Source of the DNA: an uncultured Methanoregulaceae archaeon
GTDB taxonomy: Archaea; Halobacteriota; Methanomicrobia; Methanomicrobiales; Methanospirillaceae
Length of the DNA stretch: 64,000 nt
Direction of reading: 5' to 3'
Assembly (NCBI GenBank): GCA_963737635.1
Contig: CAVTTL010000001.1
Location: 2,112,001 to 2,176,000, forward strand
A model generated the notes under the pieces. That model was not told the origin of the DNA. It saw only the letters and a list, made by a program, of their open reading frames with translations, and ran no database searches. The position numbers were made by a program, and so were the translations under genes. Shown here in pieces: positions 40,313 through 50,084 of this stretch. Every line of letters starts with the position of its first letter. The first letter of the stretch is position 1.

Positions 40313-41149
40313 TATACCCACGTCACGGTGAGGGATTTGCTGCGCTCCGGGATGCGCACCGGTTTATACTTTGGATACCCGGCCAACAACGCGCCGGCAA
40401 GCTTGCGGTTGTCCGGGATGTGGAGGGCTTCCCTTACGGGACGGTAATTCTGGGCAACACTGACCAACCGGCCAGCCCAGCACGTCCCGAGCCCGAAAGC
40501 CGGGGCGGTAATATCGACATGGGTAAGTGCGATGATCGCGTCGGTCTGTACCAGACCTGTGGTATCCGCCGTGCCCGTGGGAACATGGGCGCAGATAAGA
40601 ACCGGAGCGCCCCGACAGAGAATATCGATCCCGTTATTCCAGTATTCAGTGAGTAAAGGGATGAGTGGAGTGAGAGGTTGATCACTTTTCACCGATTCCT
40701 GTAAATAATCCAACGTAAGTGCGGCGATGGTATGGACTTTTTCAGCACCATTCACGACTACCCATTCGACAGGCTGGTAATTTCCCCCGGTCGCAGCATA
40801 GCGGGCGTTTTCAAGGATCTGCATGAGGGTTTCATTGGCCACCGGTTCGGGACGGTATATCCGGATCGAACGGCGACTTTTGAGGTAGGTACCTGAACTT
40901 CTCCGGACCGACTGATCCGGGTGCTGCTGCACGTTGAAGGTGCACACCTTCCTTGTGTTCGCGGGTCAGCGCCCCTGTTGGACAGAACGCTTCGCAATGC
41001 CCGCAGGACAGACACCATGCCTCCTTCGGGGACGGGATTTCCGGAAGCGCAGTAGAGTTATCAGCCAGTGTTATAATCTGCGTCGTGCAAATCTCCGAAC
41101 AGATCCCGCACCGGGTGCAGAGATCACGATCAACGGTTATTCCGATCAT
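40312..41149 (-). CDS. Ferredoxin-nitroreductase fusion; frameshift near 40894
   Basis: N-terminal CTRCGICSEIC and CLSCGHCEAFCP; other frame has LKSRRSIR, YAATGGNYQP and GLGTCWAG. Confidence 0.85.
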
Positions 41150-41299
41150 AAGGATAACCATCCTGAAAATGTGAGATCGGCATTGCCGTCAGTTTCTTCA
41201 ATTTTTCTCACACCAGATTTGAATCGTTTGTGTTGCATACCAAATAGTACGCATAGGCGGGATAAATAGTTTGTTAGACTAACAAACCAATCTGTTGAT

Positions 41300-41740
41300 T
41301 CACTCTTTCTTCTCTGATGAGCAATCAATCATAATCCGAAATGCTTTGATAAGGGTTTTTTGCTGGTTTTCTGTTGTGGTTTTCTCAATCTGCTCTATGA
41401 ATGCCTGAAAAACCCGCTGTTTGTGTTTAAAAACCTGACAACCTTTTTCGCTCAGGGTCAGGAGAAATTTGCGCTGATCAACATCGGATTGGGTCCGGAT
41501 AACGAATCCGTCCTTCATAAGTTTTGTTATCGCGGCGTTAGCTGAAGGTTTTGAGACACCGAGTTTTTGGGCAAGTTCGGTTAGGGTGATACTGTCGTTG
41601 CGTTGGATGCCCCGTAAATAATAGAACTGGTTGAGGGTAAGATCACAAAAACCGATCTTTTCCATTTCGATTCTATCTGCTTCAACGGTAACATGTTTGT
41701 ACCGTTCGATAAACTGAGCAAATAGATCCCTTAAATCCAT
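41300..41740 (-). CDS. MarR-family regulator
   Basis: LTLNQ..YL, TLTELAQKLGVSKPS and DQRKFLLTLSEKG. Confidence 0.9.
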   Translation of the reverse strand: MDLRDLFAQFIERYKHVTVEADRIEMEKIGFCDLTLNQFYYLRGIQRNDSITLTELAQKLGVSKPSANAAITKLMKDGFVIRTQSDVDQRKFLLTLSEKGCQVFKHKQRVFQAFIEQIEKTTTENQQKTLIKAFRIMIDCSSEKKE

Positions 41741-41780
41741 AGCAGTACATAGAACCAGTTCAAACATTAAGGTAATGGGG

Positions 41781-41867
41781 GGTTCTGTCGCGTTGACAGG
41801 ACTTAAAGTAACACCGTGGTGAGGACCATTAATTGGTATTTAAACATCCCGTAAATGCAACAGCACC
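41781..41867. repeat. Palindromic element B3
   Basis: GGTTCTGTCGCGTTGACAGGA...TCCCGTAAATGCAACAGCACC. Confidence 0.78.
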
Positions 41868-41939
41868 CTCATGCTCGTTTTTGTAGTATGCAGTCGCCCG
41901 GTGCGTGTGCCGGGCGACGGGTTCATGATACCCGCTTCT

Positions 41940-42545
41940 TCAGGGTATCCATTTGAGGATGACGTCGGCATTGCGGGCAGGCGCCGGAAGGGGGCTTTTC
42001 GCCGGGTAGCCGAATATTAACGGTGCGACGAGCTTGTGGTCCTTGGGGATACTTGCCTCCTTCAGGAATGCCTCATCGGAGCCAAGGCCGGCTGCAAGTC
42101 CAATCCAGCAGCTGCCGATCCCCAGCGAATGCGCTGCAAGCATCATGTTCTCTGCTGCGAGGGCGCAGTCGTGTTCATTAAGCGCATCCGGGGAGGCAAA
42201 GACGAGGATGAAAACAGGCGCTTCGTACAGGATCCGGACTTCCGGTTTTGTCAGGTTCTTTGCATAGCCGGCCAGCTCCGGGATGGTCGAGTCCTTGAAC
42301 ATGCTGACGAAGATCTTCTTGGCCCTCTCGTCATACTCATCGATGAGTTTCCTGTTCTTGATGACAACGAATCGCCACGGCTGTTTATTGACGGCGGTCG
42401 GGGCATAGGTGCCTGCCCGGATAATCTCCCGGATAATCTCATCGGGGACGTCTTTGTCGGAATACTTCCGTACGGATCTTCTCCCATAGATAGTATCCAT
42501 GACAGGGTTCGAGAGCGGTTTGTCGGGTTTTTTAGATGTAGTCAT
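41940..42545 (-). CDS. Nitroreductase family protein
   Basis: RRSVRKY, APTAVNKQPWRF and ENMMLAAHSLGIGSCWIG. Confidence 0.93.
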   Translation of the reverse strand: MTTSKKPDKPLSNPVMDTIYGRRSVRKYSDKDVPDEIIREIIRAGTYAPTAVNKQPWRFVVIKNRKLIDEYDERAKKIFVSMFKDSTIPELAGYAKNLTKPEVRILYEAPVFILVFASPDALNEHDCALAAENMMLAAHSLGIGSCWIGLAAGLGSDEAFLKEASIPKDHKLVAPLIFGYPAKSPLPAPARNADVILKWIP

Positions 42546-42710
42546 TGTTTCACCAATACTGCATCATTCCTTGACGGATATAACCATTGTCAACGATACA
42601 ACAAAAATCAGTGTGCCTTTTTCATTATAATCCATTCATTCTCACGGATATACTTCGATACCCAGTTTCAGCGCAATATTCATTATCGCTCTGAATCAGT
42701 ATAATCCACA

Positions 42711-42802
42711 GGTTCTGTTGCGTCGTCGGGACCTTTACATAATCAATATTGATGGATTAAGACGATACAATTTTCGGCAAGTCCCGATAAGGCAACAGCA
42801 CT
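42711..42802. repeat. Palindromic element B4
   Basis: GGTTCTGTTGCGTCGTCGGGAC...GTCCCGATAAGGCAACAGCACT. Confidence 0.8.
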
Positions 42803-42830
42803 TGTGAACACATGAGAACCGCTATATCCA

Positions 42831-43679
42831 TCAGAGAGTTTGTTTCAGGAGAAATTGTCTTATTTTTTCTCCTGTATCCGTTCCGGGTAACGGAGTGAAA
42901 ACCGTCATTTTCAGATGGGTATTATCGGAAACCAGATAACTGGCAATCTCAAAATCCAATGATCCTAACACCGGGTGAATAACCGTCTTAAACCGCTCCT
43001 CCTCCGTTCTGACGTTATGCATTGGCCACAACAAAGCAAACTCCGTGCTTTCGCTTTTCAGTTCATTTACAAAGTGTTCAATCCAGGGATCTTCAGCAAA
43101 TTTACCGCAGGCTGAGCGGAACCTGGCGACCATTCCCTGTGCGGCAGACTCCCAGTCGGGAAATGTCTTTCTGAATTCTTTATTGGTAAACATAATTCGG
43201 ATCACATTGCGCTCGTGAACACTGAATTTACCAAAATCCGCCAGAATTTCTGCAGCCCTGTTCCATGCAATCACATTCCAGCGGGCATCCAAAATAGTTG
43301 CAGGAGAACATTCCAAGCTGTCCAGAACATGCTGCAAGATCGGATTAACCGTTTCGTTGCTGGTGGGAAAAACGGCCGGTGGCGTTTGTTGGGCAAGGTT
43401 GTAAAGATGTACGGTCTCCTGCTTATCAAGCATCAGAGTCCTTGCCAGATTTTCAAGCACCTGTGTGGATACCTGGACAGGACGTCCCTGTTCGATCCAT
43501 GTATACCACGTTAATCCAATTCCCGAAAGAGAGGCAACCTCCTCTCGCCTCAGGCCGGGTGTCCGGCGGCGTGAGCCTTCGGGCAGGCCGATCTGCGAAG
43601 GCAGAATATTTGCCCTGCGTGTTTTTAAAAAATCCCCGAGTTCCTTGTACCTTTGCTTTGGGTTTTCCGGAGTGTCCAT
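42831..43679 (-). CDS. XRE/MmyB-type transcriptional regulator
   Basis: LGDFLKTRR...RRRTPGLRREEVA..WYTWIEQGR plus a PAS-like MmyB ligand domain. Confidence 0.92.
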   Translation of the reverse strand: MDTPENPKQRYKELGDFLKTRRANILPSQIGLPEGSRRRTPGLRREEVASLSGIGLTWYTWIEQGRPVQVSTQVLENLARTLMLDKQETVHLYNLAQQTPPAVFPTSNETVNPILQHVLDSLECSPATILDARWNVIAWNRAAEILADFGKFSVHERNVIRIMFTNKEFRKTFPDWESAAQGMVARFRSACGKFAEDPWIEHFVNELKSESTEFALLWPMHNVRTEEERFKTVIHPVLGSLDFEIASYLVSDNTHLKMTVFTPLPGTDTGEKIRQFLLKQTL

Positions 43680-43702
43680 TTCCTTTCCCTATCAGGGTAG
43701 TA

Positions 43703-43718
43703 ATTATACTAGTATAAT
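43703..43718. promoter_or_regulatory. Perfect palindrome between divergent regulator and SDR genes
   Basis: ATTATACTAGTATAAT. Confidence 0.55.
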
Positions 43719-43835
43719 CATTTTCCTACCAATAGTATATATCAGAAGGGAATATCAAAACATGCCTGTAACCCACGGACCGGTTTCAGGAGTAAACGTG
43801 ATTGAAATTTAAAAAAAGAAACGAGGCAGGAAAAA

Positions 43836-44630
43836 ATGACAGCAGAACTCTCAGAAAATACAAAGAAACCCGGTACCAGGATCGCTCTCGTTACCGGAGG
43901 AAGCCGCGGTCTTGGCCGTAGCACCGTGTTAAACCTCGCCAAGAGGGGCGTTGACTCGATCTTTACCTATCATACCAACCGTGCGGAGGCCGAGAAGGTC
44001 GCCGGACTTGTGCGTGAGACGGGGCGCAAGGCTGTCGTCCTGCAGCTTGACACGGGTAATGTATCTTCGTTCGATGCGTTTGTGCAGAACGTACGAGGGG
44101 CACTCACTGATTTGGGAGCCGAACGCTTCGATTATCTTGTCAATATGGCCGGTATCTCGCACCACAATTCATTTGCTCAGACGACTGAACAGGAGCTGGA
44201 TAACCTCTACAACGTCCATTTCAAGGGGGTTTTCTTCCTGACACAGAAGCTCCTACCACTTATGAACGATGGCGGCAGGATTGTCAATATTGCGTCAGGG
44301 CTCACCCGCGTCGTGATGCCGGGAAGCTGCGCCTATGCATCCATGAAGGGCGCCGTTGAAATCATGACCCGCTATCTGGCTTTGGAACTGGGTCCCCGGA
44401 GGATTGCGGTTAATGTTGTTGCTCCCGGGGCTATGGCGACCGATTTTAGTGGCGGCATGGTTCGCGATAACCCGGAAATGAATAAACGGGTAGCAGACAT
44501 GACGGCGCTCGGCCGAGCCGGCCTTCCGGAGGACATCGGCCCGATGATTGCCTCGCTGCTCTCCGAGGAGAACCGCTGGATCAATGCCCAGCGTATCGAG
44601 GTCTCGGGCGGCATGTCGATCTCGATCTAA
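43836..44630 (+). CDS. Short-chain dehydrogenase/reductase
   Basis: TGGSRGLG, YASMK (YxxxK) and VAPG motifs. Confidence 0.94.
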   Translation: MTAELSENTKKPGTRIALVTGGSRGLGRSTVLNLAKRGVDSIFTYHTNRAEAEKVAGLVRETGRKAVVLQLDTGNVSSFDAFVQNVRGALTDLGAERFDYLVNMAGISHHNSFAQTTEQELDNLYNVHFKGVFFLTQKLLPLMNDGGRIVNIASGLTRVVMPGSCAYASMKGAVEIMTRYLALELGPRRIAVNVVAPGAMATDFSGGMVRDNPEMNKRVADMTALGRAGLPEDIGPMIASLLSEENRWINAQRIEVSGGMSISI

Positions 44631-44768
44631 AAGGGTACTGGTTTTTGTAACCTCCCTTTCTGACAAAATGCCTGGTTACACTGACACTGGTTGAATTTTA
44701 CGGTTCTGTAGCGTTGACCGCACGAGACCCAACCGATGTCGACCTAATCGGAGTTAATTATTAGTGGC

Positions 44769-44848
44769 GGCTCTGTAACGTCTGCGGGGGGGCACCATTT
44801 TTTCTTCGGCGAAGGCTTAACGCAACCACCCAAAGACTTGACAGAGCC
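44769..44848 (+). repeat. Palindromic element A8 (preceded by a B-type half at 44702)
   Basis: Closest match to A1 (both begin GGCTCTGTAACGTCTGCGG and contain GGCACCAT); GGTTCTGTAGCGTTGAC at 44702 resembles the B3 left arm. Confidence 0.9.
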
Positions 44849-44892
44849 GGCGGCACATCCCGGGCTGTCTCTTTTGATCCTTTTGAACAATT

Positions 44893-45639
44893 TCATTTCC
44901 ACTTGGTAAGGATCTCTTCCCTCCGGAATGTGGACACCGAGAGAGAGAAAAGCCCTACATCTACGACAAGGATAATTGCCGAGATGAGGAGGAGATACGG
45001 TATCGTAAGCGGAAACACATCTATCAAACCGAGTACGTAGATCAATGCAAAGGGGATCACGATCAGGGATCCAAGTTGCTGTGCGGTCCGCACATCGTTT
45101 ACCCTGGCCGAGACGATTACGCTCGCCTCTACCGCGGTGATAGCTACCAGCGGCACCAGCAGCAGCATGATGGCCGCCATAACTGTGTTTGGATAATAGA
45201 GATAGCCAAGCAGACCAAAGGTGATGGCGTCGATCAGGCCCATGAAGATCACCCCACCGATCCAGATGGCAACCAGGGGGGGAAGAAGTGCCCCGATGCT
45301 CTTACCGAGCAGGATCTCGCTGTCGGTGGTGGGGGTGGCGAGCAGCGGCTCCAGGCTCTGTTCCTGTTTTTCGCCGACAATACTGAAGGATGCGATCGCC
45401 GTGGGGAGGCTGGCCGCACCCATGATGAAGATAAAGGCGAAGGCATTTATGACGGGGGGAAGGCCAGACTGTACATCTGAAAGGCTGCTGCCGGATTTCG
45501 CTAAAAGAGAGTAGATCAGCAGGGGCAGACCGACGGACACGAAGAGGGGAAAGAGGATTACGCTGTAGAAGATACTTTTCTTTTTCTGGAAAATGCTGAT
45601 ATCCTTCGAAGCGACAATCCACGCTTTTGAAAATCTCAT
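44893..45639 (-). CDS. ABC-2 type permease
   Basis: IVGEKQEQSLEPLLATP..DSEILLGK motif; six TM segments. Confidence 0.9.
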   Translation of the reverse strand: MRFSKAWIVASKDISIFQKKKSIFYSVILFPLFVSVGLPLLIYSLLAKSGSSLSDVQSGLPPVINAFAFIFIMGAASLPTAIASFSIVGEKQEQSLEPLLATPTTDSEILLGKSIGALLPPLVAIWIGGVIFMGLIDAITFGLLGYLYYPNTVMAAIMLLLVPLVAITAVEASVIVSARVNDVRTAQQLGSLIVIPFALIYVLGLIDVFPLTIPYLLLISAIILVVDVGLFSLSVSTFRREEILTKWK

Positions 45640-46556
45640 AGTGTTTCCCTCACGGTCTTCAGATATACGTCTTCAAGGGTGGGATTGAGTCCCTGGACGA
45701 ACTGGATGCGGCCGCCCGCAGCAGAGATGGCTTCCACCAAACCCGGGTTTTCCTTTTCTGCGTTTATCACATCAATCATCAGCCGATGGTCTTCGACCAC
45801 CACCTTTCCCAAAGTATGGTGTTTCACTGCCGCCACGATCCTGTCGTTGACCTCTTCAAGCTGGATGACCGTTTTACTGCCCCAGAGCGCCTCTTTCAGC
45901 TCATCCGTTGTACCTATCCGGAGCAGATGTGTTTTGAGAATACCGATACGGTCACAGAGTTTTTGCGCCTCGTCAAGGTTGTGCGTGTTGAGGAAGATGG
46001 TCTTTTTCTCTTTTTTCAGTTCCAGTATGAAGTCCCGGACCGTTTTTGCTGCCTCGGGGTCCAAGTTGGCCGTGGGCTCGTCCAGAAACAAAATCTCGGG
46101 GTCGTGCACCAGGGCACGGGCGACGGCCACTTTCTGTTTCATACCTTTAGAGAATGTTCCCACGGGTTGGTCTTTCTTTTCCCAGAGCCCGAGAAGCCTG
46201 AGCAGGCGTTCGATGCTCTCTTTTCTTTGTTGATCGGTACGATCAAACAACTTCGCGTAAAAATCGAGATTTCGATAGGCGCTCAGTTCGCCATACAGGC
46301 CGACATTTTCCGGCATAAAACCGATGATTTTACGAATCTTCAGGGAATCGGCGTCGTCCCCGGTATCATACCCGGCGATCCTTGCCTCACCGCTGGTCTT
46401 GGCGATGAGGCAGCAGAGCATTCGTACCGTGGTCGTTTTTCCGGCACCGTTGGGGCCGAGGAACCCGAAGACCTCGCCTTCATTGACATGGAATGTCAGA
46501 TCGTCGACCGCGGTGAAGTCTCCGAATTTTTTCGTGAGGTTTATTGCATCGATCAT
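45636..46556 (-). CDS. ABC transporter ATP-binding protein
   Basis: GPNGAGKT, FSKGMKQK and FLDEPT motifs. Confidence 0.94.
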   Translation of the reverse strand: MIDAINLTKKFGDFTAVDDLTFHVNEGEVFGFLGPNGAGKTTTVRMLCCLIAKTSGEARIAGYDTGDDADSLKIRKIIGFMPENVGLYGELSAYRNLDFYAKLFDRTDQQRKESIERLLRLLGLWEKKDQPVGTFSKGMKQKVAVARALVHDPEILFLDEPTANLDPEAAKTVRDFILELKKEKKTIFLNTHNLDEAQKLCDRIGILKTHLLRIGTTDELKEALWGSKTVIQLEEVNDRIVAAVKHHTLGKVVVEDHRLMIDVINAEKENPGLVEAISAAGGRIQFVQGLNPTLEDVYLKTVRETL

Positions 46557-47053
46557 GTCATATCTCCGAATACTATCACGGAAGTTGCGAGGAGCATTCC
46601 TGCCGGAAAACGTATCGTGTCATGCATTTTTTGCCCCAAGCCAGATTGTATAAAATCTTCCCAGATTCCCACAATTTCACCTTACCTTTGATAGGATTGC
46701 ATGGCCAGTTCCTTTTTTCTCAATGAATAATGCAGGTACCTTCCCGGTCTCACCAACTACATAGAGGCCGTGGGTTGACAATATAAAATGAGCGGTTGTC
46801 GTTCACATTTTCATCACGTCATAGTCTGCCGGATCGAGCTCGCTTCTTCATTTCTCCATGAAGGTATACGCATCCCCGGTCAGGTCCGGTTCTTTCAGGA
46901 CAACCTGCGCTTCTTAGGGACAGGCAAAAATCGGGCTCTGGAGAAAACCTCTCTGAAAAGGGTGTACCGACGTTAGAAAGAGCTCAGGTACGGAGAACTC
47001 TTTACAAAGGCTTATTTTCTTGGTGCAATAACTGGGTATTTGGATCGAACTAA

Positions 47054-49612
47054 ATGGCTCTTGACATTCGCACACTGTCCATTGTGGTAGCTGTTGCGAA
47101 CATCCTTCAGACATTGGCAATTGGCTTTCTTTATATCAAAAATAAAAAATACCCCGGGATTCTCTGGTGGGCGCTTGGCAGTGCCATAACAGCAATTGGA
47201 TTTCTGTTGTATCTCGTGCGGGACTTTAGCCAGAGCGCATTGATCTCAATAATCCTGCCAAATGCCCTGACGGTGGCAGGAATCCTGTTTATCTATATCG
47301 GGATCATGCATTTTCTGGAGAGAGAAGAGAACCAGGGACTTGTTTTTTCGGTCTTTGCCGTTTTTATCGCGTTGTATTTTTATTTTACCTATGTCACTGA
47401 CGATATTAATGCACGAACGGTAATTGTATCGGTTGCCTTGATTTTTTATTTGTTGTTAATAGTACAGGCCTTATTAGGGAAAATTCCCACAGCAATAACT
47501 GATTCTTCGCATTTTATCGCGGTAATCCTGTTTTCTGAGGCATGCTTTTTCGTATTTCGTACGTACTCCGTTCTTACGTTTGCGCCCGTTGAAACCCTTT
47601 TTACGCCGACACTCATCCAGACCTTGGTATTCGTGGTGTATTTTGTCGCTGGAATCCTTCTTACCTTTGGCCTGATCTTCATGGTCACCCAGCGACTTCA
47701 TGCAGAGGTGACGGACGCCAAAGATCACTTCGAAATACTCTTTAATACGAACCCCGAGGGAATTGCAATCCATGAAATTGTGTATAGTACTTCCGGTGAA
47801 CCTTTGGAGTACCGTATCCTTGATGTCAATCCCGCGTTTGAGCATATTCTCGGACTGAAACGGGAAGACGTTATCGGAAAAACGAGCAAAGAGGTTTACC
47901 GGGTAGATACACCCCCGTACTTCCAACTATACAGCCGGGTTGCAGAAACCGGTCAAGCCGAAGAGTTCGAATCGTTTTTTGCGCCAATGGAAAAACATTT
48001 TCACATATTAACGTACTCCCCGGAACATGGAAAATTTGCCACGATATTCGAGGATATCACCAAGAGAAAGAGAGCGGAGGAGTCACTCCGGGAGAGTGAG
48101 GCAATGCTACGGACGGTGCTGGACACGATGCCGTCCGGAGTGACCGTCAGGGACGTCCGAACCGGGGAAATCGTTCTTTCCAATCCCCGGAGCAAGGAAA
48201 TCATGGGTGCCCTCGTCGGTAATATCGTCGGGATTGGGAAATATTGTGGAAAATATCCTGATGGCCGCTCCTACCGGATCGAGGACTGGCCAATGGCCAG
48301 ATCTATGGCTACCGGGGAAGAGGTCAATAATGAGGAGATTCAATGCGAACGAAGTGATGGCTCCCGGATAATCCTGAACCTCAGCTCTGCCCCTATCCGC
48401 GACCAGTATGGGAAGATAATCATGGGTGTCGGTATTTTCCATGATATCACTGAACGCAAACAAGCAGAGGAGGTGTTGCAGAATAACATCCGGCTCCTGG
48501 AAAACGTTATGGATAGCAGTCCTTCTCCCATCTTTCTCAAAGATCTCGAGGGGAAGTTCATTTCAATCAATTCGGCTTTGGAGAGAATGCTTGGAAAGTC
48601 ACGGCAGGATCTGAAAGGCAAAACCGATTATGACATTGCTCCAAAGGAGTTAGCCGATTACTGGCGGTCTCATGACAAAACAGTAATCGAGACCGGTACG
48701 GCAATCCAAATTGAAGAAGTGGCTGATCTCCCGGACCGTCAGTATATCTTCCTTGCAAACAAGTTTCCGCTTGTGGATATTCATGGCCACATCTATGGTA
48801 TAGGTGCCATATCTCACGATATCACCGAACGAAAGAAAGCTGAAAATGAAGTGATCCGTAAGAATACGGAACTCAATGCCATAAACGAAGAACTCACAGC
48901 ATCGGAGGAGGAACTTCACCAAAATATCGAAGAACTTGCCCTTCGGGAACAGGAACTACAAGGAGCACTTGCCGAAAAAGAGGTTCTCCTCTCAGAGATC
49001 CACCACCGGGTCAAGAACAACCTGACCGCGTTCATTTCTTTGCTGAGTCTTGATGGTTCGTACGAAGATACCGAAAGTGGTAGGGCACTTCGTAAGGATC
49101 TTCAGAACCGGGCGCGGAGCATGGCCCTGATCCATGAAACCCTTTACCGGACCGGGAAATTTTCAAAGGTCGATATGGGGATGTACCTGAAAAATCTCGT
49201 CGACCAGATTGCCACTTCTTACGGTGTGCGTGAGGATATCCACGTTGTTGTTGAGGTTCATGATGTCACGCTCAGTATCGACAGGGCTACGACAGCCGGC
49301 CTGATAATCAACGAACTGGTGACGAATTCGCTTAAGTACGCATTTCCACCGGGTTTTGATTGTACGGCAGTACGGGGAGAACCCTGCACGATCCGCGTCA
49401 CGCTTACCCATAAAGACGGGATTGATGTATTAATCGTAACAGATAATGGATGCGGGCTTCCGGAAGGTTTCGATCCCCTGAAATCAAAATCATTTGGTCT
49501 CAAGCTGGTGAACTTCCTTACCCGCCACCAGCTCATGGCTGATATTTCGATTCAACGGGATAAAGGAACTGCATTTATATTCCATCTGAAAAACACCGAG
49601 GATACTACATGA
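47054..49612 (+). CDS. Multi-TM, PAS-domain histidine kinase (HisKA_2)
   Basis: About seven N-terminal TM helices, three PAS domains, EIHHRVKNNL, NELVTNS and DNGCG. Confidence 0.93.
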   Translation: MALDIRTLSIVVAVANILQTLAIGFLYIKNKKYPGILWWALGSAITAIGFLLYLVRDFSQSALISIILPNALTVAGILFIYIGIMHFLEREENQGLVFSVFAVFIALYFYFTYVTDDINARTVIVSVALIFYLLLIVQALLGKIPTAITDSSHFIAVILFSEACFFVFRTYSVLTFAPVETLFTPTLIQTLVFVVYFVAGILLTFGLIFMVTQRLHAEVTDAKDHFEILFNTNPEGIAIHEIVYSTSGEPLEYRILDVNPAFEHILGLKREDVIGKTSKEVYRVDTPPYFQLYSRVAETGQAEEFESFFAPMEKHFHILTYSPEHGKFATIFEDITKRKRAEESLRESEAMLRTVLDTMPSGVTVRDVRTGEIVLSNPRSKEIMGALVGNIVGIGKYCGKYPDGRSYRIEDWPMARSMATGEEVNNEEIQCERSDGSRIILNLSSAPIRDQYGKIIMGVGIFHDITERKQAEEVLQNNIRLLENVMDSSPSPIFLKDLEGKFISINSALERMLGKSRQDLKGKTDYDIAPKELADYWRSHDKTVIETGTAIQIEEVADLPDRQYIFLANKFPLVDIHGHIYGIGAISHDITERKKAENEVIRKNTELNAINEELTASEEELHQNIEELALREQELQGALAEKEVLLSEIHHRVKNNLTAFISLLSLDGSYEDTESGRALRKDLQNRARSMALIHETLYRTGKFSKVDMGMYLKNLVDQIATSYGVREDIHVVVEVHDVTLSIDRATTAGLIINELVTNSLKYAFPPGFDCTAVRGEPCTIRVTLTHKDGIDVLIVTDNGCGLPEGFDPLKSKSFGLKLVNFLTRHQLMADISIQRDKGTAFIFHLKNTEDTT

Positions 49613-49980
49613 CCGGAGAAACCATTCAGATTGTGGAAGATGACGGCCTGATCGCTCTCCATATTGCCGAGACACTGGAAAATGCGGGATACCAGATCGT
49701 AGAACCTGTATGTTCAGGAGAGATGGTGCTTAAAACACTCGAAAAATCACCCAATCCCGATCTCATCCTTATGGACATCGGGCTTGCTGGATCGATTGAC
49801 GGCATCGAAACCGCCCGGCGGATACGGCAACAGTATGATATCCCGATCCTCTTTCTTACGGCATATCCTAACATAGCCAAAATCGAAGAGCTGAAGAGTG
49901 TCTCATTCTGTGGCTATCTTAACAAACCGTATCTGGAAAACGAGCTCCTGACCGCAATCGAGAATTGCTTGCACACGTAA
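49609..49980 (+). CDS. Single-domain response regulator
   Basis: IVEDD, LILMDI, FLTAY and YLNKP motifs; overlaps the kinase stop. Confidence 0.93.
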   Translation: MTGETIQIVEDDGLIALHIAETLENAGYQIVEPVCSGEMVLKTLEKSPNPDLILMDIGLAGSIDGIETARRIRQQYDIPILFLTAYPNIAKIEELKSVSFCGYLNKPYLENELLTAIENCLHT

Positions 49981-50084
49981 TCGTTCGCCATCACATGAGA
50001 TCCCCTGTTTTCTGTAACAAAAGGAAACCGGGGGCAGTACCACATTATCAAGGTAGAATTACGGTCTCATACGAACGATACCTC

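Noticed and set aside
27869-44848. CRISPR array interpretation of the repeats
   Set aside because: Repeats are ~80 bp, separated by whole genes at irregular distances and in both orientations; no cas genes.
27869-44848. Canonical integron (attC sites plus IntI)
   Set aside because: Ends lack the RYYYAAC...GTTRRRY pattern, genes carry their own promoters in mixed orientation, and no tyrosine recombinase is present.
46934-46985. GGCTCTGGAGAAAA as an element end
   Set aside because: No matching inverted arm at the expected distance.
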